In this document: piece by piece, positions 36,222 through 52,409 of the stretch
Layout of the letters: each line of letters opens with the position of its first letter
How positions within the stretch are numbered: the first letter of the stretch is position 1
From: the human T2T-CHM13v2.0 reference genome, Homo sapiens
Strand: one strand, 5' to 3'
Assembly (NCBI RefSeq): GCF_009914755.1
Contig: NC_060925.1
DNA length: 64,000 nt
Translations under genes and position numbers: made by a program
Notes under the pieces: model-generated
Seen by the model: the letters and a program-made list of their open reading frames with translations, nothing else
What the model was told of the DNA's origin: nothing
The model's database searches: none

Positions 36222-38789
36222 ATTATGCAAATTGCATTGATAGGTGTTAAATCATTTTCCCATTTTTTATTAACCACACATTTGTGATTGGATGTTATGT
36301 TTAGTAAAGATATTGTGATTTTCTGAGGTACAGCTTTGAGAACAGTATCAGGTCTAACACTCTTGTTTCCAAATTTCCTATGATATGACAAACATAATCA
36401 CATGCCATCCAGTGTCACCATGCAGAGTACTAATGTGAAGCCAAAATACTTGGTGTTTTAATTAGCCTTAAAGCAGTTAACGAACTATCTCTGTTAGACA
36501 TTTTGAAATAATAAAAATATCCCATTGTCTTTTATTACAACCTCAGGGGCTCCTGGAGATTTTGGGATCTTGTGTGGGGAACCACCCATCTAATCCATCC
36601 TTGTTTTAAAGAGAGAAAACCAAAGAAGCAAAGTGACTGGCCCAAGTACCTAGAGCTGGGTCAGGGTTGGGGCCAGAATCCAATCTCTTGACTTTTAGTC
36701 AAGTGATTTTTCCACTATGCTCAGTACTCAAATTATGTATCAATATGTCGGCCCTTGTTTTTTGAGGTCTGAAAAGGGTTAGTGCCAGTCAACAACAGTA
36801 GAGGAGTAGAAAGGGTGTTGGGATGGGAGAGGTGTGGCTATATTTAAAATTTCAATGACAGCAGTGAAAATAATTTGCCTGTGAACCTCTGCCTGTCCCT
36901 TTGGACTTCTTTGTACTAGTTGAGACAACTCGGCAGGTCTGGTGTCATTAGTGATTCAGAATTGGATTAGCCTGGACTGGTGGAGTTACTTTCTCAGAAA
37001 AGGGCTTTATATTTTAACATTTGTTTCCCTTGACAGTTTGCTTCTTCTCAAGTTTTGGCAGCCTTGAACAAGTGGTTGTCAGGTTTTTATTTTGTTTTGT
37101 TTTAAGAAAAAATTCCAAATTTTATTTTGCCGATTTAGTAAGTTATCCTCTACCTGCCACTCCCTTCTGCTCCCTCTATAATTATTTCTAAGACTTTATT
37201 TTTCCATTGTGGGAACATTATGGAAGGTTTTCTTTTACAGTCTGAGATATTTATAATTACGTGTAAGCACACAGTTTATAGAATATGTAAATGGTCCATA
37301 TGTTAACTTAAATACCCTTAAAATATTTTCCAATAATTTAAATCTTTCCATAAAAGTAGCTGAAGCTGCTTATAATAAAAGAGAAGTATACACGAAGGAT
37401 AGCAGAATTTGGATGTAGTTAATATAGATAAATATGAATGTCACTTTGGAGGAACTGGAAGTATTTGCATGAATACTGATCAAGCCATGCCTCCTTGTTA
37501 ATAGAGTGAACAAAACAGATGAATGTTTCTGTTTTCATGAAGTTTATGTGACTATCAGTAGCTTCCATATTCTGAGGGTTTATTATGTGACAGATGCTTG
37601 GGGACAAAATACTTTACTTGTTTCCTTTAGTCCTTAAAATAGATGTTAGGATTCTTGTTTACAGAAAAGTTAAGGAATGTTCATCCAGATCACCTAGCCA
37701 GTCAGTGGTAAAGAACAGTCACTGGAACCCCTCTTTCCTGATCCAAAGCCAACATACTTAACCATAATAAATAATGCCATTGTCTGGTGGAATCCTGTAG
37801 TCCCTTAGATAGTGTAATTTTGTATTTAATGTAAACATTTTGTGCACTAGACTGACTTACATTTTACTTTTTAAAACAATATTTTAATTCTGAATGAACA
37901 TTTGCATAATAGGAGAATGATCTAAATTGCAAACTTCCATTTTGAAGAGTTGTAGTTCTTTTAAATCTTTTTGTAACTGGGAAGAAGAATGGAATTATGT
38001 TTGTTATAATCCAAGGAAAGTTGGTTAGCATTCTTTCCTGTTACTTTTTGATCCCAAAAGAAATTCTTTAGTAGATCAAGACCAGGAATGAATGTGTGGA
38101 TTTTTTTAAATAAAAAATTGAGAGAGATTGTAACTAGCAATTCAGAGCCAGATTTATGTTCAGAAATGTTTGATGCCAGCCGTTTTAGTTACAAATAGCT
38201 TTTTCTTGACTGTACAGTTGTGTTCTTATGGTACCATTCTGAAAGTGATGTAAGAGACCATGTAAAATGATTGGAATGCCTCAGCATCTGAACAATGCAC
38301 ATAGCCAATTATTAAAATTACCCAGTACTAACCTGTCTTGGCTTAGGAACTATGGAATTAACTGTGGGTAGCATTTCTACACATATCATTACAGAACAAG
38401 CATAAAGACAAGCTTGTTTTTTTCCTTTTCTGTGGATTTGTTTTTTCTTATTACCATATCTTTTGTTACTGAAAACTGGTGGTCATCTGTACTAATAGAT
38501 AAGAGAAGTGTGTTTGACACCAATACCTAATCTTAGATTATCCCTGCTATTTTAAAACACCGTCCTTCACCTACATGCTCAGACATGTGGGTTCTTTCAA
38601 ACATACTGGACTTCCTCCTTAGGTTTTAGTTGTGTTAGTTAATAGTTGAATGTTGAAGGAGAGGATGCCAAGGGATATTAAAGAAGGTAAAAGAGATAAG
38701 TGACAGCAAACATTATTTATTTTTAATTATCTCTCAGAATGACTTTTAGATACCCTTCCCTACTACATTTTGATTTTTGCTTTAGCATA

Positions 38790-38995
38790 GCTGGTGAGTT
38801 TTGGAATCAGAGAGACTGGGCTCTGATTTGTACTAGCTAAGAATATTAGACAAGCCACTTAACTTCTTTAAGTCTCAGTACCCGTATTTATATAATGGGA
38901 ATAATAGTAATATCTAACTTGCAGGATTGTTTGTAAAGATTGAAAGCAACATATTTAATTGTGCTTGCGTGGTTCTGGGCACAGAATAGGCACCC
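38790..38995 (+). mobile_element. MIR SINE remnant
   Basis: ttttggaatcagagagactggg...caagccacttaacttctttaagtctcagt...aatgggaataatagta. Confidence 0.7.
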
Positions 38996-41518
38996 GAGTG
39001 TAGGGGCCCCTGAACTTTAAAGTTCATTACTTTCATGGTAATTCCTCCTTTGGAATATATAGCCTGGGAACATTTGTCTCTAGACCTTGTTTCAGTTTCT
39101 TTTAATGACTCCCTTTAGGCTCTGCTTCATGGCCAACACAAGATTATGGATCACCTAAAGAGTAGACTAAAAGTACTATTGTCTAGTAACTTCAAGTTTG
39201 TAGGTTAACTCACTGTGAATCAAAAGCTTTTAAAAATCTTTTGCGTGGTCATAGTTTGTAGTGTCTTGTACCTCTCATCTCAGAAGCAATTGATTCATAG
39301 AAAAAATTATTTAGGATTTCAGATTAAAGATGAAGAACTCTTCCAATAAGAAGGAACTGATTTGGTTGGATTATTTGTTTCTTTCACCCCTGAGTTTTCA
39401 TGGAAATCAGGTTTAAAATGTTAGAAGCAGTTGGTTTTCAGCATTGGGAAAGCTTATCTGATCAGGCATGCGAAGTGGCCTATGTCGGATTTCTGAGCTA
39501 GGAAAGGCTAGGGGAGGTTGAGGAGATTATTGTACTTGTAATTCCTGAGCATGGTTGAGACACAAGGAGAGGATTGTGGAAATTGTTTTTAAAAAATTGT
39601 TGAAGTTAATGCATTCTTGGGTGGATTTGCAAAACAGAACAAAACAAAAAGTTGTTGAAGTTAGTTACACTGGTCTAACAACGTATACTTACCACCCCCA
39701 TTTGGGCTGGAGGAATGGATCTAATAATAATATAGGTGTTTGTGATCTAATTTGAATCATGTAATCATTTATCATTTCTGGGTTAGATGGTAAGGATTTT
39801 CTGTTTCACAGATTTTTAGACTGGGAATTGTGCTATTATAAAATAATATTTTACATTAAATAATGCTTTCTAGGTTGTAATCACCTTAATAGACATGATT
39901 TATTTGGGCCACAAATGAACTCTGGTAAGAATGGAGGGCTGGTTACATTATTTTAGTTTTACAGATGAAAATAATCAGTCTCAAATAGCTTAAGGGAATT
40001 CCTTTAGACCATATGGTTAGTATATGGAAAAGCCAGAGCTAGAACCCAGGTTCTGATTTCCAGAGCAGTTCTTATTTCATGATACCGCATAATTTTATAA
40101 TGTCCCTAAATCCGAATTTCATTTCTCATGATGTGAAAGGATTCTCTTTATTTCTGTTTGGTTAGCTGCATCAGAGCATGACAGAAATGGAGCAGAATTC
40201 GAGTATTCTTTCCCCAGATGGGTCAGTTAGCTTTTCTTAAAGCTATTCTGTGCTTACATTGTTAATCAGTTGTCCCTGGTTCCTAGACAGGATGTTGATC
40301 CATGTGAAATAGGCAGGAATATGTGTCTGACTCAGCTTAACTCATCACAACTTTCATATGTCCTGCTAGTGGGTCTATAATGTCACCCTCGTTTACAGGC
40401 GTTTTTAATTTTCTGATGTCTATTTCTTAGTATTTTTCCTCAGCCATTTTTAATGTCTCAAGCCATAGTTCTTCCTGAGTGGCCTGAAGTGATTTTGCTG
40501 CTCTTTAAAGCTTCCTTAAGGTTTTTCAAGAGCGTACAACATAGGCTGCTTCTAAGTGTATTTTTATTTCCTAGCTCTTAGCATTTCTCACCTTATCATT
40601 ATAACTTTAAATTTAAACAGAATACAAATTGTGTACACAGATGGGTGTGTCACTATTGCACTGTCACTTATGTAAGTGCAGTTTAGCATTTCTTCTTTCC
40701 TTTTAATCAAAATGAGGAAATAGAAAATGTTTTGTTATGGTAGTTTTACACATACACCCACAAGGAAATGTGTATCTAGAGTCTGTGGGAACTGTGACTT
40801 GATACATTTCAGGGAATAAAATGTATGATGGCTAAAATTTTAACTCTGCCAAATGTTCACGGGGAAAGAAAAATTAACAAACTCACATTTTACACTTTAT
40901 TTTAGCCTAGTCTCTGCCTTGTTTACATCTATATGATAATGAAGCTATACTTGTCTTTCCACAACAGTGTATTTTATAAGTTGTACCTTTTGTTTAAGGG
41001 AGCCTTCTTAACAAACTTTCTTTCAGTTGTCCAGTGTACAGAAGCTTACTGGAAGGAGTGGCCAACTAGTTAAAGGTTTGACACCTCAATATCAACAAAA
41101 TGCCAAGTGGATCATTTTGACTCTCACAGCAATCCAACTGGACATTTGACCATGCCCCGTGGTCAGTGGAGAGCTTCTTCTCTGAAGGCCACTTTTATCT
41201 AGCACATCAAGGCTATACACCTCTTTCACTAAGAAGAATTTGGCACTTTTATGTTGTGAGAGCTGAGATTCACCATTCTCCACCATCCTGAGAAGAGCTT
41301 TGATAGAAGGGCTACTCCTGAGGTACATAGATTATCCAAAATACATACAATTTTTTCATAGAAAATTATATATGTATTATAATTTTTATTCAAGACAGGT
41401 TGAAATTAATAGATTTCTTACATTCACTGCATTAAAGGAATATTTATGGCTTTGGTAATATTTTAAATTTCAAATTAAAAAATTTGAATATCTGAATTAA
41501 GTATCTCTGATTTAACTC

Positions 41519-41524
41519 TGTGTG

Positions 41525-41575
<51 letters not shown>
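41519..41575. repeat. (TG)~28 microsatellite with one CG interruption
   Basis: Direct reading. Confidence 0.97.
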
Positions 41576-41576
<1 letters not shown>

Positions 41577-43319
41577 GGGAGGAGGAATAGACCTTGGAAT
41601 TGTTTTTTCAAAACTTTTTTTATAATAGTGCCTAATCTCAGTTGGCAAGGAATAGCTGTCCAGAATGCTGCATAGATCTAGTGAAAAGATTTAGGGAAGT
41701 TGTAACTAGTTTAATAACCATCTGTGGAGTGACATAGATTGACACACCCAATTACACAAGACCTGAGTCTGAGAACTGTTGATGTGCAATCATCCCATCA
41801 GCATCTGCTCGTCATTATCAACAACAATAATGGCTCAACTATTTCTTTGAGGCCACATGAAAAGACAGTGTACCCATAGCAAAGGATAAGTCAGACCTGA
41901 AAAAAACATAGCCCTCTGCATCCCCTTGTTCCCAAACTTCTTTTTAAACATAACCTTTTGTGAAGTTCTGAAAGAATTCATTTTATGTTTTCTTTTTATT
42001 AATTTTTCTTCTTAAATACCATGTCTTTCTGGCTGAAATCCTTGCCAAAACCAGGAAGGGCCAGTGTACTGTGGGTGATTTTTCTAATTCATTTCTTTGT
42101 CATTTGAAGCCTTCTGTGGCTTCATGCTGCTTTATGTGTGTGTAAATATTCAGTATCTTTTCTAGTTTACACTTTTGTCACAACTGCTATTAAGCCACCT
42201 ATGGACACATTCTAATATAAATTATTTTGGCCACTGTGAGTGGGAGGGAAAGAATCAGTTCACAGGGATAAATTTGCATGTTGAGAAGATAATATATAAT
42301 AGTTTGCAAAACACTTCTATGTACATTGTATCTTTTATAGAGACAAGGCCATGTTTTTATTTGTAGAGACTGAGACAGAGACCCCATGAGATCTAATGCA
42401 GAGTCACATGACTCCAAAGCCAGGTCTTCTATCTGCTCTTTGGTATATAACTGGATCATTATTCTATTGACAGAAATAAGGAATCTTCTTATTTTTCAAA
42501 GGCACCCTTTTGCCCTTGGAAGGTATATTTAGAAATCCTTTACCAGAGTAGAAAGAAGACAGTTATATTTTCCTGCCTTTTGATAAAAAACAGTGTGTTT
42601 TTTCTAAATCTTGTTGTGTTTGACTAGAGTCTGATTAAGGTACCTTTTGGGAAATTAAGGTTCTATAGAAATTACTGGGCTCAATCTAGTGATACAAATA
42701 TGTGTTGTTTGATTTATCAACACATTACAAACTTTAACTTTGGAGTTTTAATATCTGGTTATCTTTAATATCTGGTTATCTTCTTTCTGAAGTGTATGTA
42801 CACAAAATTGATGCTAAATAAGGTCTTGTTGTTTTGGCAAATAGTGAAATGCAAGGTATTGGTAGATCAGTACTGTTATAACTTTGGTGCAAAGTTGCTG
42901 CATGCAGATTGGCTGTGGGACCTTGTTCATTTTTTGAGAACTAATGTAGAGTTTGAAAAAACACCGTAAGCCTGCATTCCAGAAGTTCTGGTATGGATAG
43001 TGTGAGCCCAGGGAATGTGCTTAGATAAAAGCACATTTAACAAATAGGTTTTGCATTTTTTTAGCAATCAGGCTTTGTGCTGAATATTAGAGTGGTTGTT
43101 TCAGAGAGTTTGCAGCAATTAGGCTTTATTGGTGCACTAAGGAGAAGCAGAGAGGAGAAGCAATTCTTGGTAACTTCCTTGGAAGTTGCAGCTAACTCTG
43201 AAAAGTCTGGGTTGAACTAGGTAAGTAACTAATTCCTAGAATCAATAAACTTTGCAGGAGTCCGTTTGATTGTACATGTAGCTCCCTGGAATTGCTATTG
43301 GTCCCTAAATCATCAGTTT

Positions 43320-43505
43320 GTAATGTTGGTTTTCAAACTTGAGTGCACATCAAGTTTTGGAGGACTTGTTAGAATACAGATTGCTGGGCTCACCCCCAGA
43401 GTTTCTGATCTGGTAGGTCTGGAGCGGGACCTGGTAGATTGCATTTCTAAAAAGCGTCCAGGTAATACTGCTGCTGTTTGGGAAAGTACACTTTGAGAGT
43501 CACTG
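43320..43505. mobile_element. MER5A MITE
   Basis: ttttcaaacttgagtgcacatc...cagattgctgggc...cccagagtttctgat...ctttgagagtcactg. Confidence 0.8.
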
Positions 43506-44043
43506 GCTTACAACAATCTCAAGGTGTTTGGATTTTTGGGCAGGGGTGCTGTGCAGGCGTTGCTGGGATCTCTTCACAGCACCTCCACTGCATAGAGGTG
43601 AGCCTCCAGATGTTTTCATTCATTCAACAAATATATGTACCTATTGTGTGCTGGGCACTGCTTAAGTTGCGAGGGGATATTGTGAAGAAAGTAAGCAAAA
43701 CCCCTTTGTTTGTAGAATTTCAGTGAGCATAGTCCTGGGTTAACCTGACAACAGTCCTACTGTTTATTGATGCTTATAGGTGAGCCTATTTCTCTTTCTA
43801 GCTTTCTTCCACTTAATTTACTTTCTTTTGGAATTCTTGAATTTAGTAATAATAATATTGATGTTATTAGTCATCACTATAACTTTTTATTGAGTGTGTA
43901 TTTTATGTCAGACACAGTGTGGCTAAGTGCTTTACATACATTATCTCATCTAATCCTTAGAAAAAACCCTGGTGTATTAGTCTTAATTTAAAAGATGTAC
44001 TTTGGAAAGGTTAGTAGTTTACCCAAGATTATGCAGCTAGTTA

Positions 44044-44530
<487 letters not shown>

Positions 44531-44751
44531 TCACATAGTATGGACAAGCATTGTTTCTTGAAATTTTTGTTTTTGCTATGCACGTATATATGTGAATATT
44601 GAGGTCTGGTACAAGATATATTTCTCACTGTAGGTCACAGTAAAACATGTTGGTAAGCTACTATTTTCTTGGCTATGGGACTATATGTCATCTAATCACT
44701 TTTTAAAAACAGATTACAAACTGTAGGCCTTAGAAAGGTAAGTAATTTTTC

Positions 44752-45426
<675 letters not shown>

Positions 45427-48400
45427 TGACTTTTTAGCCCTTGGTCCATTGCTTTATTCTTCACACCATACCACTTCCTTAGAAGTGCACCTGGGAATGC
45501 CTGGGAATTGAATTTTATCTTTCCACATGATGGCAGATATGCTATGGAACCTTCAGGGATGTCGATGAAACCTGAAAAGGGAAGTTGAATCTCAGCCTGC
45601 TCTGAGTAGGTGAAAATTCTGCCTTGGATCCCCCAAAGTCTGCAGATAAAGATGTGACATTTCTCGTGTTCTGCTGTGCTTGAAGGAAAGAGGGTAATAA
45701 TCTTAACAGTGCCAAGCTGTAAGCATGTTGCATATATTAACTTGTTTAATTACTAATTATTTTGATACAGCGGCCATGCCTGGGATATGAACTCAGCTGT
45801 TTTGAGTGAGAAGGGGCATCCTACCAGTGTGAGTTAACACTTCTCTGTACTCTCCCCGGTTCCTCATTTTGTTCCTGCTGAGTTCAGAGCGATGTTCCTC
45901 ATAGCCTGGCTTACCTGTGGATGTTCTCAGCCTCATTTTCTTTTGTTAGATCATATATCTTCATTAGGTGGGTGATTTTGGTTTCTGTTACTTTTTCCTT
46001 AATATTAGTATATTGCTGATTTGGATCAGGGGCCAGGCTGTAGATTTTCAGCATGGTGAGGTGATAATACATGTTGGTCCCCCATGCAGAATGCTGCCTC
46101 TAGCACTTTAGCCAAAGGAGCTCTACAGTCTGTCCAGAAGTACTGGGGGACACTGGTAATAACCTGAGAACACTTACAGAGCCTTCCAGAAAGTGCCCTT
46201 TCACATCATATAAACAGATCATGGGAAGCTGAGGGAATGCAAAGTCAAGGCCTCATTGGAGAGCGGAAAGGAGGCTGAGATTGGTGGAGAGGAGTGGCTG
46301 TTACATTCTAATTAGAAGAATGACATGTTCAGGGCCATGAAGCAACTAAAGATGGGATGAAAAACTTAACTTGTGAATCGCAAAATTTGAGTAGGAAGGA
46401 GCTGGAAAGGCCTGGAAGTGTGAAGTGATTGGCCCTTGGTCAGATGGCTAGAAGATAGAGAGCCAGGCATAGAACCCAGAATCCAGGCCATCATTTTGTG
46501 GCCTCTTTTATCCTAATGACATGTTAGCCAGAGGTGTCTTCCAAAGCACCTGATTATAGGGAAGAATGAATGTCACTTACCCTAGAGTGAGTGAAATAGA
46601 GATGCCAGGAAGATATACCAGGTTTATCCAGTTTCTTTGCATTTTTCTGGCATACTGTATACTCTTGAGCGCATATGTATCCTACTTTATGAAATCTGGG
46701 GGTAAAGCAGGACCCTTCAAACCCTTAAAAAATGTATACCCCAAGAAAAACATTTTTAAAGCATGAACGCTTCCTCAAGTAAATACATATTTATACATTA
46801 TATAAATGTCTGGCTATTAAACCATGTATGCATATGTTAACTCTAAGTAAAGCTTATTATATGTTTTTTAGCCCATAAATATGGAGATGTTTTAAAATTT
46901 CTTCCAGTGCCCCAGTGGATGGTCTTACACCTCCCCTGCTTCTGGGATACGCACACCTAATTTTGCAGACCACTGGTCCAGAATGTAAATTGAAGAGTTT
47001 AATGTCTAAGATATTTGTTCTTTTGTTTGTAGCTTATCTTTTACTCCCCACGTTTCAAATATCCCTTTGCAAAATAATTTTTGAGTTAAAATTTTCAATT
47101 AAAAAACTGTATCCTTGAGGTAGAAAAGATAAAGATAGAAGATATATGTGAATTAGGTTGTATCTCTCCTTAAGAGGGAATACTGTTTTTTATCTAAGGA
47201 GAACTAACAACCCTCCCTTTCATTGTCTGGGTTGGTATAAGTAAAAATCCTTGTTTGAAGTTATTAAGCCTTCCCACCCATATGATGATTAGTTTGGTTC
47301 ATAAGCTAGAGTTAGGGCTTGGTAAAGGCTCCTTTTTTTTTTTTTTTTTTTTTTTTTAAAGTCTTTCCACCTTAACTAGCAAGTAAGCTAGAAATGACAG
47401 AGCAGTAGAAGGGGGAATCTACCAGAGTGTCCTACAGGACCTTGTTGAATGCTACTGCTGCATGCAAGGGTTGTGGATTTGGTGTGGGCCTTCTGCAGTA
47501 TCACCCAAATTTGAGCAGTACATGTAACTAAAAGTAAGAAAAATAAATTAGACAGTTTATTTCATTTCAGACTTTGGAAGCCCAGGACTGTGGGGATTAG
47601 CTATTAGCTAAGACAATGATTCACTGAGCAAATGCAGTGAAAGATTCTTTTGTTACACTGATCATCATTTGTGGAGAGACTCTGAAGAAGGATAAAGCTC
47701 TGGCTGCATAGTCAAACCAGACCTACTACTCAAGGACATGCATACTAGATATGTAGGTGTTTCCAAATATTTTTTTCAGTTGTGGCGGTGCAAATCATTT
47801 CAATAGTAGAGTAACTCAGTTCATTACTGTTACTGGAAAAACAAGTTTAACCAAGCACATATCCTACTGAGGGTGAGTCAACAGTGTCATTTTAACATAA
47901 GAAGGACAGTACATGAAGTGAGTTATTCCAAGTCCTGTGGTTTTCCTACAGCTGAGCAAAGACAGCTGTTCTTTCGGAAGTGGGGCTCTAAAAAGAAGTT
48001 GCCCATCTCCTTTCTTTCTTGATTATAGCCTTTTAGTTTTCTTTTGGCCTGAGACATTTCAAAAATTCATTTCCTCCTTAGATTTCTATCACCAAATACC
48101 CTGAATTTTGATAATTTATTTATAGAGTATATTATTTATTATAGACTTATTATAGTTTAAAACTTTATTTTAATTTATCTCCCATTTCAAGATCCACATT
48201 TGCTATATGTGTCAGATAATAAAAATGCCATAAGGAAAACAGAGGAGTGATCTTTTTTAATATGTCATTATTTTCTATAGTTCTTTAGTGGTATGGACAT
48301 GGAATAAGGTGGCATTTTGTGGGACAGTATACCAAACTTAGTGATAAAATTTATACTTTTAATTTTGGAGGACAAAAGTCTTGTATTCTCAGCCTTGTGG

Positions 48401-50814
48401 ATAAGACAGTGCTCTGAGCTGTCTGAGGTTTCCTAAATTGGGATTCAACATCATGAAGGGTATGTGTCTGGATCGTTTATTTGTTGGTTTGGGAAGGTGA
48501 GTTTTTGTCTTTTTTCCCCCTCTGAGTTGATTTCTTTAGTTGGAGAGAAGCAGACCAGATGAAGAAAATACTTTATCTCTTATGGCATTTTTGGTTTACC
48601 ACATTAGTTATGACCCGTCTTCTCTGAGCAGCAGGCCATGCTTCTCTGTTCAGTAGTTCAGTTTTCACTAACTTAACTGCAGATGTGTTCTTGGAGGGAT
48701 TTATTTCTAATCAATTGAATTATGGGTACTTGGATAAAATGATGATGGGTTACCTACTTTTAATAGGGCCGTCATTTTTAAGAGTAAAATCTTGTCAAGA
48801 TAGGGTATATCATACTTATGATCTGGTTCCATCTCTAACTCCATAATTTCCTTTTGCTCCTGTGTTGCTACTCTATTATTGAGAAGAGATGGTATCTTGT
48901 CAGTGTCAATTTTACAAAGAAAAAATTCTAAACAATTTCAGTCATAGGGTAGTTTTTTTTTTTTTTTCCTGGAGAAATAATGCATAGTGTAGTATGTTGA
49001 ATCCTAGAGTTGGCAAGTTTTCAAAAGTGGGGTTCTTTTGTTGTGTAGGTAGGGGTGATGCTAGTCAATGGGTGTTAGTCATTAGGGCATGTGTATGAGT
49101 GGTAGTTCTGAGATACAGCATTGGCAGCCCCTCTTGTCCCTGGTTTTGTTTTTGATAAGCAAGTCCTGGTTTTGTTTTAATAAGCAGGTCATTAGCTGAT
49201 CTTTCGTGTAAATGTTTTTGATGTGCATAGCTGGTATGTGGGTGGTTACCTACCTGAGAATGTTGTAGTCACAAATGTATATTATGGAAGTTTGCAGATT
49301 ATGGTGGATATCAGGTTTTTCTAACTGCGTATTTACAGATGTAGTGAGTGAAAGGAATGTTGGGTCAGTAGGTAAAAGACTTGCGCTCTGGTCCTGGTTC
49401 AGACATCTTGATTTGTGTGACTTTGGGCAAGGCCCTTATTTCTTTGAGTTGCAGTTTCTTGTGTAAAATGGTGCTAATACCAATTTACATGCCTCATAGT
49501 GTTGTTGTGGGGATCAAACGAGATCACTGTTTATGAGCAGCCTTCTCAGGAGTGAGAAATAGAGGGTTGTGAGCTGACTTTCTGATTTGTTTGGCTGAGG
49601 TGTTCACACAAGCCATAGAATGCTTTGTAGGCTTGGGTGGAGGAATGTAGATGGAAATCAGCTGAAAATCCCTGCCTATTAGAAGCTGAGATGTTAATCC
49701 TAAATATATTCTGTGGAGTACTATCAGATGCCTTGCTTTTCTTCATGATGCCCTATTAGCTTCATCTTCAGGTAGCATAGGTGCCTGTTACTCTCATTTT
49801 ACTTGAAGAAACTGACCAGCCAACTGATTTAGGATATGGCTGGCTATCTTCTGGAACTCACATTAGAGTTACTCCTTGAGAGTAAAGTCTTGTATTTTCT
49901 GAAGGTTGCTGCTTTTGGGGTATTTTCCGTGGAGGTGGGTGGGCACACATAAAAACTCACTGTGCTCAAATTTATAAACTTGTTCTTCTTAACAATTTTA
50001 AAGCCAGATTACATTGGATTGGGGGAGGGGAGGATACTAGATTTATTTAGTGTTTTTTAATATAAAACTTTGTATTTGAAACTTTATGTGGTAACATATA
50101 TTTAGGCTCATAGCCAAAGTGATTACAATGCATTGGTTTTAATATTTTCAGTGAGGTAATGTGTGCTTTAGTGGGGAGGAGGAGAAATATTATTTAATCA
50201 CCAGCACTACACTAATAACCACATTTACTAAATCCTTTGTCCCTTTGCTTGAACTGAGGGTTCCTTGCTTTTATACTGGTTTTCCAAAGGACTTCATCTT
50301 GTTAATGTGATGAGGTGATGATGGGAAGGACATTCCCACTGGGCCCGAAGTGGTGAAACTGGTAAAACTCCCTTTGTAAGTCCCTCTTGTTCAACATGAG
50401 TGTCACTCCCATGTCCCTAAAGTAGAATGGAGTTTTATTGAAGAGAGAATTTTAAGAGTGATAAACAAAAGAGATGGAAATATCTCCTGTGCCAGGTCAT
50501 TGTTACCATTAAAGACTAGAATAAACTGTAATTTTGCAGATTTTCTTTTTGTCTTATGGGAAATTAAAGACTTGGTTATCCTCTCTCGGAGGAAGATAGA
50601 AAACTACTGGGCCTGCTCATTAACAGTTTAGCTTGGCTGACATTTTTCAAGCACTTACCATGGTATTATAGCTGGGCTGAAGCTAGGTGGAGCAGACCTC
50701 ACTTAGGTGTTGCCTAGCTCCAGAATCTGTCTTCTGGTGGAATTCCCTTAGGCTTCCAGACAGGAGTGGCAACAAAGCAGATGAAATGGAAGGTAGGCCA
50801 GGGCATCTGCTCGT

Positions 50815-50997
50815 TCGCTCGCTCGCTTGCTCTTTCTCTCTTCCCTTTTCTTTCCTTTCCTTTCCTTTCCTTTCTCTCTCTCCTTTCTTTCTTTTGCTTC
50901 CTTCCTCTCTCTTTCCCTTTCCCTTCCTCTCTCTCTTTTCTTTTTTTCTTTCTTTTTTTTCTTTTCTTTTCTTTCTTTTCTCTCTCTCTCTTTCTTT
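50815..50997. repeat. Polypyrimidine (CT/CTTT/CCTTT) low-complexity tract
   Basis: About 170 nt that are almost entirely C/T. Confidence 0.95.
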
Positions 50998-51718
50998 AGC
51001 AGTTTATTACTCATTTGTGAGAATCAGGGAAGCACTGGGCTCAAGAAAGCCAATACCCCTTCTAGGGCTTACCCCCCATTTTAAAATTTAATATATTGGA
51101 ATTTATATTGTTTCTTTTGATCCGAGATCTTCAGGCTGAAGCTGGAGAGAAATCTTTTGACCTCTCTAGAACAAAGAAAGCCTTTATCAAAGACAATGTA
51201 ACTTTTTGAGTTTGCCAAATTAGGTGTTGCTGCAAATGGAGAAACCTAGAGTTCTCTTCTGTGCTTAAAGACACAAACATGGAAAGTTTTAAGTTCCAAT
51301 ATGGTCACTTAATATATACAAAATTTTCTGTCTTTGCTGTCTTTGTCATTCCAGCAACAACTGGATGAGCAAATAGAATGATTGTGAGCACTTGCAAACC
51401 AAATTGTGACTGTTAGTGTGTTGAGCTGCTTTTTTATTAAAATGACTGCTACAACTCTGCAGAAATCTGAGTAGTCTTGAAGATAAATTCTTGCTTGCAT
51501 TTACAATAAAGAAAGAATATGAGTAATCAAAAGGCTGATGGAGTTGGAGGACTGGCGTTTTTAAGAGGAACTGATTTGGACATTGAGATTATCAGCTCCT
51601 CATCAAATATCATTAAGTACACATTATTATTTTTTTCTGTTGACCAGGAGACCCAAGTTGTGTTGATGTGGGACATAGTTGTATGTCTGAAGAAACAAAG
51701 CAAGGGAGAATAAAATAA

Positions 51719-52090
<372 letters not shown>

Positions 52091-52282
52091 GTTTAGGGCT
52101 ATATTTTATGTTTTCTTCTCCCTTTGGTATTTAATAAAGATTTGATATTTTTCTATTATCTGCTTTCCTCTGTTCCAAGGTTTTTGGCCTCAGGTGTGTT
52201 CTCTGGAAATGGCAATGATAGGCATTTATAATCTCCATATTTAGATATTTCCCTCACAGTGCTAGTTTCTGAGCTTATTAGA

Positions 52283-52409
52283 ACCTAATGTTAAATGACG
52301 AGTTAATGGGTGCAGCACACCAACATGGCACATGTATACATATGTAACAAACCTGCACGTTGTGCACATGTACCCTAAAACTTAAAGTATAATAATAAAA
52401 TAAAAGAAA
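52283..52409 (+). mobile_element. Severely 5'-truncated primate L1PA 3' end
   Basis: cctaatgttaaatgacgagttaatgggtgcagcacaccaacatggcacatgtatacatatgtaacaaacctgcacgttgtgcacatgtaccctaaaacttaaagtataataataaaa. Confidence 0.93.

Noticed and set aside
50687-51091. Phe/Ser/Leu-rich and Lys/Glu/Arg-rich ORFs
   Set aside because: Artefacts of the polypyrimidine tract.
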